DNA of 64,000 nt from the NCBI GenBank assembly GCA_963772255.1, contig CAVYWK010000022.1, positions 65,388 to 129,387 on the forward strand, in the 5' to 3' direction. The position numbers and the translations under genes are program-made. The stretch comes from an uncultured Acidobacteriota bacterium (GTDB taxonomy: Bacteria > Acidobacteriota > UBA4820 > DSQY01). Below are positions 36,874-46,292 of this stretch, piece by piece. The notes beneath the pieces are model-generated. The model was not told the DNA's origin. It was given only the letters and a program-made list of their open reading frames with translations, and searched no databases. Positions within the stretch are counted from its first letter, which is position 1. Each line of letters starts with the position of its first letter.

Positions 36874-38211
36874 TCACCCTTCCAGCGCCAAGAGCATGGG
36901 CTCCTCAAGGGCCTGGCAGACCCACCGGAGAAAGCGCGCGCCGTCGGCGCCGTCGATGAGGCGGTGGTCGTAGGAGAGGGAGAGGGGCAGGATCGTGCGC
37001 GGCTGGAATTGGCCCTCCCTCCAGACCGGCTGAATCTCGGACCGCGACACGCCCAGGATGGCCACCTGGGGCCAGTAGACGATGGGCGAGAACCCCACGC
37101 CCCCGATGCCGCCGAGGTTCGAGAGCGTAAAGGTGCCACCCTCCATGTCCTCGGGCGAAATGCGCTTCGTCCTGGCCTTTTCGGCGAGGGCGGCGATCTC
37201 CGCGGAGAGCGCGGTGATGTTCTTTTTGTCCGCGTCGCGCACCACGGGAACGAGGAGGCCTCGGTCCGTGTCCACGGCCACGCCCAGGTTCACGAACTCC
37301 TTGAAGACGATCTCGCCGTGCTCCACATCCAAGCTCGCGTTGAACTGCGGGAAGGCCCTGAGCGCGCCCGCCAGGACCTTCACGAGGATGGCCGTCATGG
37401 TGAGTTTGCCGCCCGCCGCTTCGACCCTCTTGGCGTGCTTGGCCCGGAAAACCTCCAGGTCGGTGATGTCGGCCTTGTCGTACTGGGTGACCGTGGGCAC
37501 GGTGGCCCAGGCGTGGGCCATGCTCTCGGCGGTGATCCTGCGCACCTTGCTCATGGCCTCCCGGCGAACCGGGCCAAACCGGGCGGGATCGGGCAAGGCC
37601 TTGGACGGGACGGCGGCCCCGGGCACCGCGGGCACCCCCGCGCCCATGACGAGCTTGGCGTGGATCTTCACATCGTCCGCCGAGACGCGCCCTCGCGGGC
37701 CCGTCCCCGTGACCTGGGTGATGTCCACGCCGAGTTCCCGGGCGAGCCTGCGCACCGACGGCGCCGCCGGCGTGGAGGGCTTGGGCATGGAGGCATCCGG
37801 GCCGGCCATGGGCCTGGCGGGTTGAACGGCGGGTGGCGGGGTGGCGCGTGCCGGGCGCGAGGGCTCGGGAGCTGGTGACGGGTTCGGAGGAGGATTGTTT
37901 GGGAGCGGCGCGGGAGCCGCAGTGGCCTTGGCGGCGGCGGGCGCGGCGGGCGTGGCTGCCCCGGCCTCAGCGCCCGCGGCTTCCACCCGCACCACGACCT
38001 GCCCCACCTTGATGCTCGTTCCCTTCTGGGCCAGCACCTCCACCACGGTCCCCGCCTCGGTGGATGGCATCTCGAAGACGGCCTTGTCGGTCTCCAGCTC
38101 CAGGAGGGGCTGGTCCAGGACCACCGCGTCGCCCACTTTGACGAGCACTTTCACCACGTCCGCGGCGTTGGTGCTCTCCGACAGTTCGGGAAGCTTGATG
38201 TCTTTGATCAT
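36874..38211 (-). CDS. aceF: dihydrolipoamide acetyltransferase, E2 of the pyruvate dehydrogenase complex
   Basis: 445 aa. It has a lipoyl domain (LELETDKAVFEMPS), an Ala/Pro linker, a subunit-binding domain (PSVRRLARELGVD) and a catalytic domain (SLSYDHRLIDGADGARFL). Confidence 0.9.
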   Translation of the reverse strand: MIKDIKLPELSESTNAADVVKVLVKVGDAVVLDQPLLELETDKAVFEMPSTEAGTVVEVLAQKGTSIKVGQVVVRVEAAGAEAGAATPAAPAAAKATAAPAPLPNNPPPNPSPAPEPSRPARATPPPAVQPARPMAGPDASMPKPSTPAAPSVRRLARELGVDITQVTGTGPRGRVSADDVKIHAKLVMGAGVPAVPGAAVPSKALPDPARFGPVRREAMSKVRRITAESMAHAWATVPTVTQYDKADITDLEVFRAKHAKRVEAAGGKLTMTAILVKVLAGALRAFPQFNASLDVEHGEIVFKEFVNLGVAVDTDRGLLVPVVRDADKKNITALSAEIAALAEKARTKRISPEDMEGGTFTLSNLGGIGGVGFSPIVYWPQVAILGVSRSEIQPVWREGQFQPRTILPLSLSYDHRLIDGADGARFLRWVCQALEEPMLLALEG

Positions 38212-38224
38212 TTAAACCCCTTTT

Positions 38225-38431
38225 CGGGAGCGGGGAGCGGGGAGCGGGAGCGGGAAAAGCAGGAGGCGAAGAAGTGGCAAAAGCTGCTCCGTGTGTCCCT
38301 TCAGCTCCCCGCTCCCTGCTCCCGGCTTCCGCCCTTTTTTCGTAAGCGGTGAGCAGTGAGCGGAATAAGATAAAGACGATGCTTCGCGTTCATTCTCGGC
38401 TCCCTGCTCCCCGCTCCCTGCTCCCGGCTTC
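38225..38431. repeat. aceE-aceF intercistronic repeat cluster: GGGAGCG x4 arm, two GCTCCCY arms, and a GTGAGCR array
   Basis: Arms: gggagcggggagcggggagcgggagcggg (38226-38254), cagctccccgctccctgctcccggcttcc (38302-38330), gtaagcggtgagcagtgagcgg (38342-38363), ggctccctgctccccgctccctgctcccggcttc (38398-38431). Confidence 0.85.
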
Positions 38432-41123
38432 ACGAAAACACCGGGTTGGGCTTCTCGGGCGGAATCCCCAACTCTTCCATGGCGCGTTTCACGGTACCCT
38501 CGTCCACTTCGCCCCGCCGGGCGAGCTGGTGGAGGGCCGCCAGGGCGATGAACCGGGCGTCCACCTCGAAGAAGTCCCGGAGGGCGGCGCGGTTGTCGCT
38601 CCGTCCGAAGCCGTCGGTCCCCAGCGCGTGCAGCGGCCCGGGGAACCACTTGGCCACGCCCAGGGGCAGGACCTTGAGATAGTCGCTCGCCGCCACGAAC
38701 ACGCCCGACTCGCCCGCCAGGGCCTTGGCCACGAAGGGCTCCTGCCGGGGCTCCCCGGGGTGGAGGGCGTTCCAGCGCTCCGCGTCGGCGGCGTCGCGGT
38801 AGAGCTCCTTGTAGCTCGTCACGCTCCAGACGTCGGCGGAAACGCCGAAGCGTTCGGCCAGGAGCGCCTGGGCTTTGACGGCCTCGTTGAGGATGGTGCC
38901 GCTTCCGAGCAGGTGCGCCTTGGGACCCTTCGCCGCTGAGGCGCTGAACTTGTACATCCCCCGGAGGATCCCGTCCTCCGTGGAGAAGGGGTGCCCCGCG
39001 GGAGCCGCCGGCATGGGCGGCTGGGCGTAGAACTCGTTCATGACGGTGATGTAGTAGAACGCGTTCTCCTGGTTCACGCACATGCGGCGGATGCCGTCGC
39101 GGATGATCACCGCCAGCTCGTAGCCGTAGGCCGGATCGTAGGCCCGCAGGTTGGGGACGGTGAGCGCCAGGGCGTGGCTGTTGCCGTCCTGGTGCTGGAG
39201 GCCCTCGCCCGCGAGGGTCGTCCTGCCCGCCGTGCCGCCCAGGAGGAAGCCGCGCGCCCGCATGTCCCCCGCGGCCCAGATCAGGTCGCCGATGCGCTGG
39301 AAACCGAACATGGAGTAGAAGATGAAGAAGGGGATCGTGTGGAGACCGTGGGTGGCGTAGGCCGTGGCGGCCGCCACGAAGGAGGACATGGCGCCCGCCT
39401 CGGTGATGCCCTCCTCCAGGATGGCCCCGTCCTTGGCCTCCTTGTAGTAGAGGAGGATGTCCTTGTCCACCGGGTCGTAGAGCTGTCCCGGGTGGGCGTA
39501 GATACCCACCTGGCGGAAGAGGCTCTCCATGCCGAAGGTGCGCGCCTCGTCGGGCACGATGGGGACGATGAGCTTGCCCAGGTTCGGGTCCTTCAGGAGC
39601 TTGGCGAGGAGGTGGACGAAGACCATGGTGGTGGCCACCTCGCGGCCGCCGCTCCCCTCGTAGAACTCCTGGTAAATCTCGTCCGGTGGGGCCTCGATGG
39701 GGTCCACGGCGGTGGTCCGGCGGGGCACGAAGCCGCCCAGCTGACGCCGTTTTTCGAGCAGGTATTTCATCTCCTCGCTGCCCTCGGGCGGCCGGTAGAA
39801 GGGCACCTCGTTCAGGTCCTCGTCGGAGACGGGGATGCCGAAGCGGCTGCGGAACTCCCTCAGCTCCTGCTCGTTGAGCTTCTTCTGCTGGTGGGTGATG
39901 TTCTTGCCCTCGCCCGCCTCGCCCAGGCCGTAGCCCTTGATGGTCTGCGCCAGGACCACCGTGGGCGAGCCCCGGTGCTCCACGGCGGCCTTGTAGGCCG
40001 CGTAGACCTTCTCCGGGTCGTGTCCACCCCGGCGCATCTTGCGGATCTGCTCGTCCGAGTAGTTCTCCACCATGGCGAGCAGCTCGGGAGACTTGCCGAA
40101 GACATCCTGGCGGATGTAAGCCCCGTCCGAGACGGTGTAGCGCTGCATCTGCCCGTCCACGAGCTCGCCCAGCCGCCGCGCCAGGAGCCCGTCCGCGTCC
40201 TTCTCCAGGAGGGGGTCCCAGTCGTCGCCCCAGAGGACTTTGAGCACGTTCCACCCCGCGCCCCGGAAGGCCGCCTCCAGCTCCTGGACGATCTTGCCGT
40301 TGCCGCGCACGGGGCCGTCGAGGCGCTGGAGGTTGCAGTTCACCACGAAGATGAGGTGCTCGAGCTGCTCCCGGGAGGCCAGCGTGATGGCGCCCAGGCT
40401 TTCGGGCTCGTCCATCTCGCCGTCGCCCATGAAGGCCCACACCTTCTGGTCCGAAGCGGGCTTGAGACCCCGATCCACGAGGTACTGGTTGAAGCGCGCC
40501 TGGTAGATGGCCATGATGCTCGTGAGGCCCATGGACACCGTGGGGAACTCCCAGAAGTCGGGCATGAGGTAGGGGTGCGGGTAGGAGGAGAGGCCTCCCC
40601 CGGGCTGGAGCTCCCGCCGGAAGCGCCGCAGGTCCGCCTCGCTCAGGCGCCCCTCTAAAAAGGCTCGCGCATAGATGCCGGGCGACGCGTGGCCCTGGAA
40701 GTAGACGATGTCACCCTCCCGGCCCTCCGTCTTCCCCCTGAAAAAGTGGTTGAAGCCCACTTCCAGAAGTGTCGCCGCCGAAGCGTAGGTGGAGATATGC
40801 CCGCCGATGCCGTGGTCCTCCCGGTTGGCCCGCACCACCATGGCCATGGCGTTCCATCTCAGGATGCTCTTGATGCGGCGCTCGATCTCCCGGTTGCCCG
40901 GAAAGGGCGGCTGGAGGTCCCGCGGGATCGTGTTCAGGTAGGGCGTGTTGGCCGTGAAGTGGGGACGGACGCCGTAGTGCGATGCGCGGATATGGAGGTG
41001 CCACAGGAGCTCCCGCACCCGCTCGGGGCCCTGCTCCTGGAACACGTCGTCCAGCGACTGCACCCACTCCCGGTTCTCGATTTCCTTCGCCACCCCCGGC
41101 TGCGGTTTCTTGGTTTCGCTCAT
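38430..41123 (-). CDS. aceE: pyruvate dehydrogenase E1 component, homodimeric type
   Basis: 897 aa, AceE-like end to end (GGHISTYASAATL, GDGEMDEPES, transketolase-like C-terminal half). Confidence 0.92.
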   Translation of the reverse strand: MSETKKPQPGVAKEIENREWVQSLDDVFQEQGPERVRELLWHLHIRASHYGVRPHFTANTPYLNTIPRDLQPPFPGNREIERRIKSILRWNAMAMVVRANREDHGIGGHISTYASAATLLEVGFNHFFRGKTEGREGDIVYFQGHASPGIYARAFLEGRLSEADLRRFRRELQPGGGLSSYPHPYLMPDFWEFPTVSMGLTSIMAIYQARFNQYLVDRGLKPASDQKVWAFMGDGEMDEPESLGAITLASREQLEHLIFVVNCNLQRLDGPVRGNGKIVQELEAAFRGAGWNVLKVLWGDDWDPLLEKDADGLLARRLGELVDGQMQRYTVSDGAYIRQDVFGKSPELLAMVENYSDEQIRKMRRGGHDPEKVYAAYKAAVEHRGSPTVVLAQTIKGYGLGEAGEGKNITHQQKKLNEQELREFRSRFGIPVSDEDLNEVPFYRPPEGSEEMKYLLEKRRQLGGFVPRRTTAVDPIEAPPDEIYQEFYEGSGGREVATTMVFVHLLAKLLKDPNLGKLIVPIVPDEARTFGMESLFRQVGIYAHPGQLYDPVDKDILLYYKEAKDGAILEEGITEAGAMSSFVAAATAYATHGLHTIPFFIFYSMFGFQRIGDLIWAAGDMRARGFLLGGTAGRTTLAGEGLQHQDGNSHALALTVPNLRAYDPAYGYELAVIIRDGIRRMCVNQENAFYYITVMNEFYAQPPMPAAPAGHPFSTEDGILRGMYKFSASAAKGPKAHLLGSGTILNEAVKAQALLAERFGVSADVWSVTSYKELYRDAADAERWNALHPGEPRQEPFVAKALAGESGVFVAASDYLKVLPLGVAKWFPGPLHALGTDGFGRSDNRAALRDFFEVDARFIALAALHQLARRGEVDEGTVKRAMEELGIPPEKPNPVFS

Positions 41124-41350
41124 AGATTTCCCCTCGCGACTGAGCCGTCCTTCAATTGTTTTTAATTATACTCTCATGAGAAGAGTCAACGCCCTGGGAC
41201 ACCCCTCCAATTCCACCCCGGCGGCACTCCCAGGGCGCCTTAGCAAATGGTTTTCCGCCCGCCCTCGTGGTTCCTCGGGATATCGGGCTCGCGGGGTCAT
41301 GGGGTTGGGGATTTGCTTTTACCCCATCCCCCCATTTCCCTACCTCCCCC

Positions 41351-41475
41351 TCTATCTCTCCGGTACCACCTTGTACCCGTACGCGACGACGCCGGACTCC
41401 CCGGCCTCCTAATCTTGCGGATCTCCAGAGCGACTTTGAGGCCGATGGCCAGGCGCTCGGGCTCGCAGTCGGCGA
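41351..41475 (-). pseudogene. orphan, frameshifted copy of the last ~40 codons of the DUF35 gene
   Basis: It aligns to 43441-43566. The inner 38 nt are identical. The outer ~88 nt carry 13 substitutions (mostly silent or conservative) plus a 1-nt deletion. With the deletion repaired it reads DCEPERLAIGLKVALEIRKI.EAGESGVVAYGYKVVPER-stop. Confidence 0.85.
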
Positions 41476-41610
41476 AAGGCTTGAACCTTTTCCGCGGGGT
41501 GGTAGCATGGCCGCACATCGGGTGACATCGTCTGGAGAGGTTTCGGGGGGCCGTCAATCTGAGATGTGGGCGTTACAAAGAACAGGGACAAGATCAGAGG
41601 GGAGGGACCG

Positions 41611-43284
41611 ATGGAACATCCTGTATGGGATACCGTGAACAAGGCTTTCAGGTGGACGGCTCTAGGCAGCCTGCTGGCGGCGGCCACGATCCTGTGCGCC
41701 GCTCAGGGGGCGGCCCCGGGCAAGGCGGAAGCGGCGCCAAAGGCGGCAAAGAAACCCAACATCGTGGTCATCATGACCGACGACGTGGGCTGGGGCGACC
41801 TGGGATGCTACGGCGGCGGGGAGACCCGCGGGGCGCCGACCCCCCATCTGGACCGCATGGCCGCGGAGGGCATGCGCTTCACCAACTACTACGGCCAGGC
41901 GAGCTGCACCGCTGGACGGGCGTCCTTCATCACGGGGCGCATCCCCCTGCGGACGGCCCTGTCCGTCGTGCTGGCCCCCGGCGACCTGAATGGGATCAGG
42001 GCGGAGGACCCCACCGTGGCCGAGGCCATGAAGCAGCTCGGCTACCGCACGGTGCAGTTCGGCAAGTGGCACCTGGGCGACCGGCCGGACACCTTCCCCA
42101 CCGCGCACGGGTTCGACGAGATGCACCACATGCTGCCCTACTACGCCGGGGTCTACGCCTACGACCACCTGGCCCTCCAGCCCGATTTCCCCATCCACAA
42201 CAAAAAGATGATGGCGATGTGGGAGAGCTACAACCGCAGCGAATGGTCGGGGAAGGCGGGGCAGCCCCCGGAGGTCACCAAGAAGAGGTTCGGCTACGAC
42301 GATCTGGCCACCGCCGACGACATCATGCGTGCCGATGCGATCCAGTACATCCAGGCGCACGCCAAGGACGATCAACCCTTCTTCATGTACCTCTGCTTCA
42401 TGAAGGTGCACAACCCCAACAACCCGTCGCCGCGCTTCAAGGGAAAATCCCCCGGCGGCGGCAACTATCTCGATGCCCTGATGGAGCTGGATGACAACTC
42501 GGGTCAGGTCCTTCAGGCGATCCGCGATGCGGGCATCGGGGAGGACACCCTGGTCGTCTGGACCACGGACAACGGCGCGTGGATCGACGCGTGGCCCGAC
42601 GCCGGCTACACGCCCTTCCGCGGCACGAAGGGAACGAGCTTCGAGGGCGGCTTCCGGGTGCCGGCCATCGTCTGGTGGCCCGGCCACGTGAAGCCGGGCA
42701 CCGTCGCCAACGGCATGATGTGTCACATGGACTGGTGGCCCACCTTCGTGAAGCTGGCCGGCGGCACGCCGCCGACCCACATCTGGAAGGACAACAACGG
42801 CAAGGGCATCGTCTTCGACGGCATCGAGAACAGCGACTACGTTCTGGGCAACGGGCCCTCGAACCGGGACCATTTCTTCTACATCAACGACCTGTCCTTC
42901 GGCGGCGTCAGGGTCGAGAACTTCAAGATGCTGTTCACCTCCAAGGACACTTGGCTGGGACCCGAGCTCAACCTGGATTTCCCGGCGGTCTACAACCTCT
43001 ACTGGGATCCGGGCGAGCAGTACGACATGATGTTCCGAGGTGCGGCTCCCACCCGGGGCGACCTGCGGACCTCTCCCGGCCGGTACTCGGGAGAGGACCA
43101 CGGCTGGATGAGCATCGTCATCGGGCCCTACACGAGCCAGTTCTTTGGTGAGCTCGCGAAGTATCCCAACCGGCCCACCATCCCCTCGGCGGGGTCCATG
43201 GATCAGTTGGCACGTGCGGTGAACGATCCGCCGGAGCTCATGCGCCTATTGGAAATTCATCCACCCGAGCCACAGGGGAAGTAG
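41611..43284 (+). CDS. arylsulfatase (formylglycine-dependent sulfatase family)
   Basis: It has a signal peptide, PNIVVIMTDDVGWGDLG, and the CTAGRASFITGR (C-x-A-x-R) FGly motif. ATG 41611 has GGGGAGGG upstream. The ORF track starts at 41566. Confidence 0.85.
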   Translation: MEHPVWDTVNKAFRWTALGSLLAAATILCAAQGAAPGKAEAAPKAAKKPNIVVIMTDDVGWGDLGCYGGGETRGAPTPHLDRMAAEGMRFTNYYGQASCTAGRASFITGRIPLRTALSVVLAPGDLNGIRAEDPTVAEAMKQLGYRTVQFGKWHLGDRPDTFPTAHGFDEMHHMLPYYAGVYAYDHLALQPDFPIHNKKMMAMWESYNRSEWSGKAGQPPEVTKKRFGYDDLATADDIMRADAIQYIQAHAKDDQPFFMYLCFMKVHNPNNPSPRFKGKSPGGGNYLDALMELDDNSGQVLQAIRDAGIGEDTLVVWTTDNGAWIDAWPDAGYTPFRGTKGTSFEGGFRVPAIVWWPGHVKPGTVANGMMCHMDWWPTFVKLAGGTPPTHIWKDNNGKGIVFDGIENSDYVLGNGPSNRDHFFYINDLSFGGVRVENFKMLFTSKDTWLGPELNLDFPAVYNLYWDPGEQYDMMFRGAAPTRGDLRTSPGRYSGEDHGWMSIVIGPYTSQFFGELAKYPNRPTIPSAGSMDQLARAVNDPPELMRLLEIHPPEPQGK

Positions 43285-43308
43285 GACCCGAAGCGCCATG
43301 AGTCGCAC

Positions 43309-43343
43309 AAAAAGGGCGGGCACGATGCCCGCCCTTTCTTTTC
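43309..43343. terminator. bidirectional rho-independent terminator
   Basis: The sequence aaaaaGGGCGGGCacgatGCCCGCCCtttctttt has an 8-11 bp GC stem with A-run and T-run flanks. It sits between the convergent sulfatase gene and the DUF35 operon. Confidence 0.8.
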
Positions 43344-43440
43344 GCTTTGCCGCTTTGCTTCTTTGCTTCTTGCTTCTTTGCTTTCCTTGCTTCTTCTTTG
43401 TATCTCTTCGTGGCCTCGTGGTCCCGTGGGCTCGTGGATC
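43343..43440. repeat. pyrimidine-rich short-period arrays (GCTTYTT-type 7-9 nt units, then four CGTGGNNN octamers)
   Basis: The sequence cgctttgccgctttgcttctttgcttcttgcttctttgctttccttgcttcttctttg ... cttcgtggcctcgtggtcccgtgggctcgtgg lies directly downstream of the DUF35 stop. Confidence 0.75.
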
Positions 43441-43441
43441 T

Positions 43442-43837
43442 CTATCTCTCCGGTACCGCCTTATACCCGTACGCAATAACTCCCGACTCCCCGGCCTCCT
43501 GGATCTTGCGGAACTCCAGGGAGACCTTGAGGCCGATGGCCAGGCGCTCGGGCTCGCAGTCGGCGATCTGGCACAGGAGGCGCGTGCCGTCGCTCAGCTC
43601 CACGACGCCCATGCAGTAGGGGGCCTCATCCGAGAAACCCCTGGGGGGCGTTCTGATAACGGTATGTGAGATGACCTGACCCTCTTCGGGCAGAGTGTAG
43701 GCCTTGAACTTGCGGCTTTGGCAATCATCGCAGATCAGGCGCGGGGGGAAGAAGACCTTGCCGCACTTGGCGCACTTGGCCGCTTCCATGCGGTAGCGCT
43801 GGGGGGTGTTCCTGCGGACGATGGCTGGCGTGAGCAT
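43442..43837 (-). CDS. DUF35 OB-fold/zinc-ribbon protein (scaffold of the archaeal-type thiolase/HMG-CoA synthase complex)
   Basis: 131 aa. It has the zinc ribbon CAKCGKVFFPPRLICDDC followed by an OB-fold part. Its ATG overlaps the thiolase stop. Confidence 0.85.
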   Translation of the reverse strand: MLTPAIVRRNTPQRYRMEAAKCAKCGKVFFPPRLICDDCQSRKFKAYTLPEEGQVISHTVIRTPPRGFSDEAPYCMGVVELSDGTRLLCQIADCEPERLAIGLKVSLEFRKIQEAGESGVIAYGYKAVPER

Positions 43838-44994
43838 CACAGCACCTCCAGGATGTGGACGACGGCGCTGCCGCCGGAACCGCCCATGTTCTGGGCGAGG
43901 CCGCGGCGCACGTTCTTGAGCTGGCGCTTGCCGGCCTCGCCGCGGAGCTGGGTGACGATCTCGTGGATCTGGGCGATGCCCGTGGCGCCCACGGGGTGCC
44001 CCTTGGACTTGAGGCCGCCGGAGGGGTTCACGGGGTACTTGCCGTCGCGCGCCGTGAAGCCTTCGCGCGTGGCCTTGCCGCCCTGGCCCTTCTTCACGAC
44101 GCCCAGGGCTTCGAGCACGCAGATCTCGGCGATGGTGAAGCAGTCGTGGACCTCGGCGAAGTCGATGTCCAGGGGTTTCACGCCGGCCATCTTGTAGGCG
44201 CGGGCGGCGGCGTCGGCGGTGGACCTGAGCCAGGTCATGTCGGCGCGCTGGTGGAGGGCGATGGTGTCCGTGGCGTGGGCCGATGCGGCGATCTTGACGA
44301 GGGGTTTCTTCTTGAGCTTTTTGGCCATCTCCAGGGGGCAGATGATGACCGCCGCCGCGCCGTCCGTAATAGGCGAGCAGTCCAGGATGTTGAGGGGATC
44401 GGCCACCTTCACGCTGTTGATGACCTGGTCCACCGTGATCTTCATGCGGTACTGGGCGTGGGGGTTGAGCAGGCCGTTGTCGTGATTCTTCACGGCCACC
44501 TGGGCCAGGTCTTCCCGCTTGGTGCCGTACTTGTGCATGTGGGCGGTGGCCATGAGGGCGTAGAGCCCCGGGAAGGTGGCGCCGTGGAAGGCCTCGTAGT
44601 CCTGGTCCGCGGCCGTGGCCAGGGCGTAGGTGGCCTGGGCGCCGCTCACGTCGGTCATCTTCTCCACGCCGCCGCACAGGACGATGTCATGCATTCCCGA
44701 GGCGACGTAGGCGATGCCCGTCCTCAAGGCCATGCCGCCGGAGGCGCAGGCCGATTCCACGCGCACGCCGGGGATGGGCGCCTGGCCGAGGTAGTCCGCG
44801 AGCAGGGAGCCGATGTGCTCCTGGCCGGCGAAGAGCCCCGGGCTCATGCAGCCCGCCACGAGGCCGTCGATGTGGTCCACGCCGGCGTCGTCCATGGCCT
44901 CCAGGGCCGCCTTCACGAATAGGTCCCTCAGGGAGTCGTTCCAGAGCTCCCCGAAGTCCGTCATGCCGATGCCGATGATGGCGATGTCGCGCAT
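43837..44994 (-). CDS. archaeal-type acetyl-CoA C-acetyltransferase (thiolase)
   Basis: 385 aa: [16 protein letters not shown].., the active-site Cys context VESACASGG, and C-terminal [15 protein letters not shown]. Confidence 0.9.
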   Translation of the reverse strand: MRDIAIIGIGMTDFGELWNDSLRDLFVKAALEAMDDAGVDHIDGLVAGCMSPGLFAGQEHIGSLLADYLGQAPIPGVRVESACASGGMALRTGIAYVASGMHDIVLCGGVEKMTDVSGAQATYALATAADQDYEAFHGATFPGLYALMATAHMHKYGTKREDLAQVAVKNHDNGLLNPHAQYRMKITVDQVINSVKVADPLNILDCSPITDGAAAVIICPLEMAKKLKKKPLVKIAASAHATDTIALHQRADMTWLRSTADAAARAYKMAGVKPLDIDFAEVHDCFTIAEICVLEALGVVKKGQGGKATREGFTARDGKYPVNPSGGLKSKGHPVGATGIAQIHEIVTQLRGEAGKRQLKNVRRGLAQNMGGSGGSAVVHILEVL

Positions 44995-44998
44995 GGCC

Positions 44999-46051
44999 TC
45001 AGTCCTCCACGTTCTTCCGGATCTTGCGGCGGAATTTCACGTACGTGCCGTAGTCCAGATAGAAGGGGTTGTTGTCGAGATAGTCCCGGGTCTTTTTCGC
45101 CTTGCCCTGGACCTTGGGAAGGGCCTTGGTGGCGGTGAAGATGAAGCCGTCCGAACCCGCGCCCGAGCCGAAGGAGCACATGAGGATGGCGTCGCCCGGC
45201 TTGGCCTCGTCCAGGATGGCCGAGAGGCCCAGGGGCGAGGCGCCCGAGTAGGTGTTGCCCAGCGTCGGCACGAGCAGGCCCGTCTTCACCTGGTCCTCGG
45301 TGAAGCCCAGGTCCTTGGCCATGCGCACGGGGAACTTGCCGTTGGGCTGGTGGAAGACGATGTACTTGAAGTCCTTGGGCTTGGCGCCCGCCTTCTTGAG
45401 GAGGCCCTCCACGCCGCCGCGCACGTGTTTGAAGTAGGCCATGTCGCCCGTGAAGCGGCCCGCGTGGCGCGGGTAGTGCATGTACTCCCGGCGCCAGAAA
45501 TCGGGGGTGTCGCTCATGTAGGAGAACTGGCAGTCCAGGCTGGCCACCACGTTCGTCTTGCCCATGATGAAGGCCGCGCCGCCCGCCGCCGCCGAGTACT
45601 CCAGCGCGTCTCCGGGCGCTCCCTGGGAGGTGTCCGAGCCGATGCCGAGGGCGTACTCCACCTCGCCCGACTTGACCAGGCCGAAGGCCAGGAACATGCC
45701 CTCCGAACCGGCCTTGCACGCGAAGGAGAGATCCGCGCAGTGGCAGTCGTTCACGGCCCCGAGGACCTCCGCCACGGCCGTGCCCGAAGGCTTCACGGCG
45801 TAGGGGTGCGACTCGGAACCCACGTAGATCGCCCCGATCTTGGCGGCGTCGATGCCCGCCCGGCGGAGGGCGTTCTTGGCCGCCTCCACCGAGATGGTGA
45901 TGGTGTCCTGGTCCGGACCGGGGACCGATTTTTCTCTCAGCATCAGACCCTTTTTGTAGCTGGGCGCATCCGCTCCCCAGACCTTGGCGATCTCCTCCAC
46001 CTTGATCCGGTAGCGGGGAATGTACGCCCCGTATCCCACGATTCCTACCAT
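44999..46051 (-). CDS. hydroxymethylglutaryl-CoA synthase, archaeal type
   Basis: Starts [22 protein letters not shown] (GAGGAGG upstream). It also has [22 protein letters not shown] and HQPNGKFP. Confidence 0.9.
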   Translation of the reverse strand: MVGIVGYGAYIPRYRIKVEEIAKVWGADAPSYKKGLMLREKSVPGPDQDTITISVEAAKNALRRAGIDAAKIGAIYVGSESHPYAVKPSGTAVAEVLGAVNDCHCADLSFACKAGSEGMFLAFGLVKSGEVEYALGIGSDTSQGAPGDALEYSAAAGGAAFIMGKTNVVASLDCQFSYMSDTPDFWRREYMHYPRHAGRFTGDMAYFKHVRGGVEGLLKKAGAKPKDFKYIVFHQPNGKFPVRMAKDLGFTEDQVKTGLLVPTLGNTYSGASPLGLSAILDEAKPGDAILMCSFGSGAGSDGFIFTATKALPKVQGKAKKTRDYLDNNPFYLDYGTYVKFRRKIRKNVED

Positions 46052-46292
46052 GAAGACCTCCTCAGTCGAGCGCTTGGCATGGCGAAACGAGAAAGAGGGT
46101 AATGTACTGGTTTTCTCGTGTGGAGGCAAGGCCGGAGGGTGGAGCAAACGGTCCTAAGCCGAGTCCCGTCCCCATTCTTGAAGGGAGGAATCGGGAGGGT
46201 GCGCCGTGTCCTGTCTTTGTTGCCTATGGACTCTGAGCGGGTCGCTCGAAGCCTCAATCTTCAGGGTGTTCGCGGTTCAGGGTGCCTTCCCC

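Noticed and set aside
31386-36876. Calling the 5.5 kb HK/RR/porin/amtB block a genomic island or mobile element outright
   Set aside because: There is no integrase, transposase or conjugation gene. Composition looks like the flanks by eye, and the genes are ordinary core-type functions. I report only the flanking duplication as an observation.
36670-37878. 402-aa plus-strand ORF opposite aceF
   Set aside because: It is antisense to a complete E2 with lipoyl, binding and catalytic domains.
38212-40658. 742-aa minus-strand ORF (38212..40440) and 555-aa plus-strand ORF (38991..40658)
   Set aside because: These are shadow ORFs over aceE in a high-GC genome. aceE is intact and unmistakable in its own frame.
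41165-41189. TTGACT ... TATAAT upstream of aceE as a sigma-70 promoter
   Set aside because: The two hexamers are only 13 nt apart, too close for a standard -35/-10 pair. The TATAAT alone may still be a -10 box, but I did not list it as a feature.
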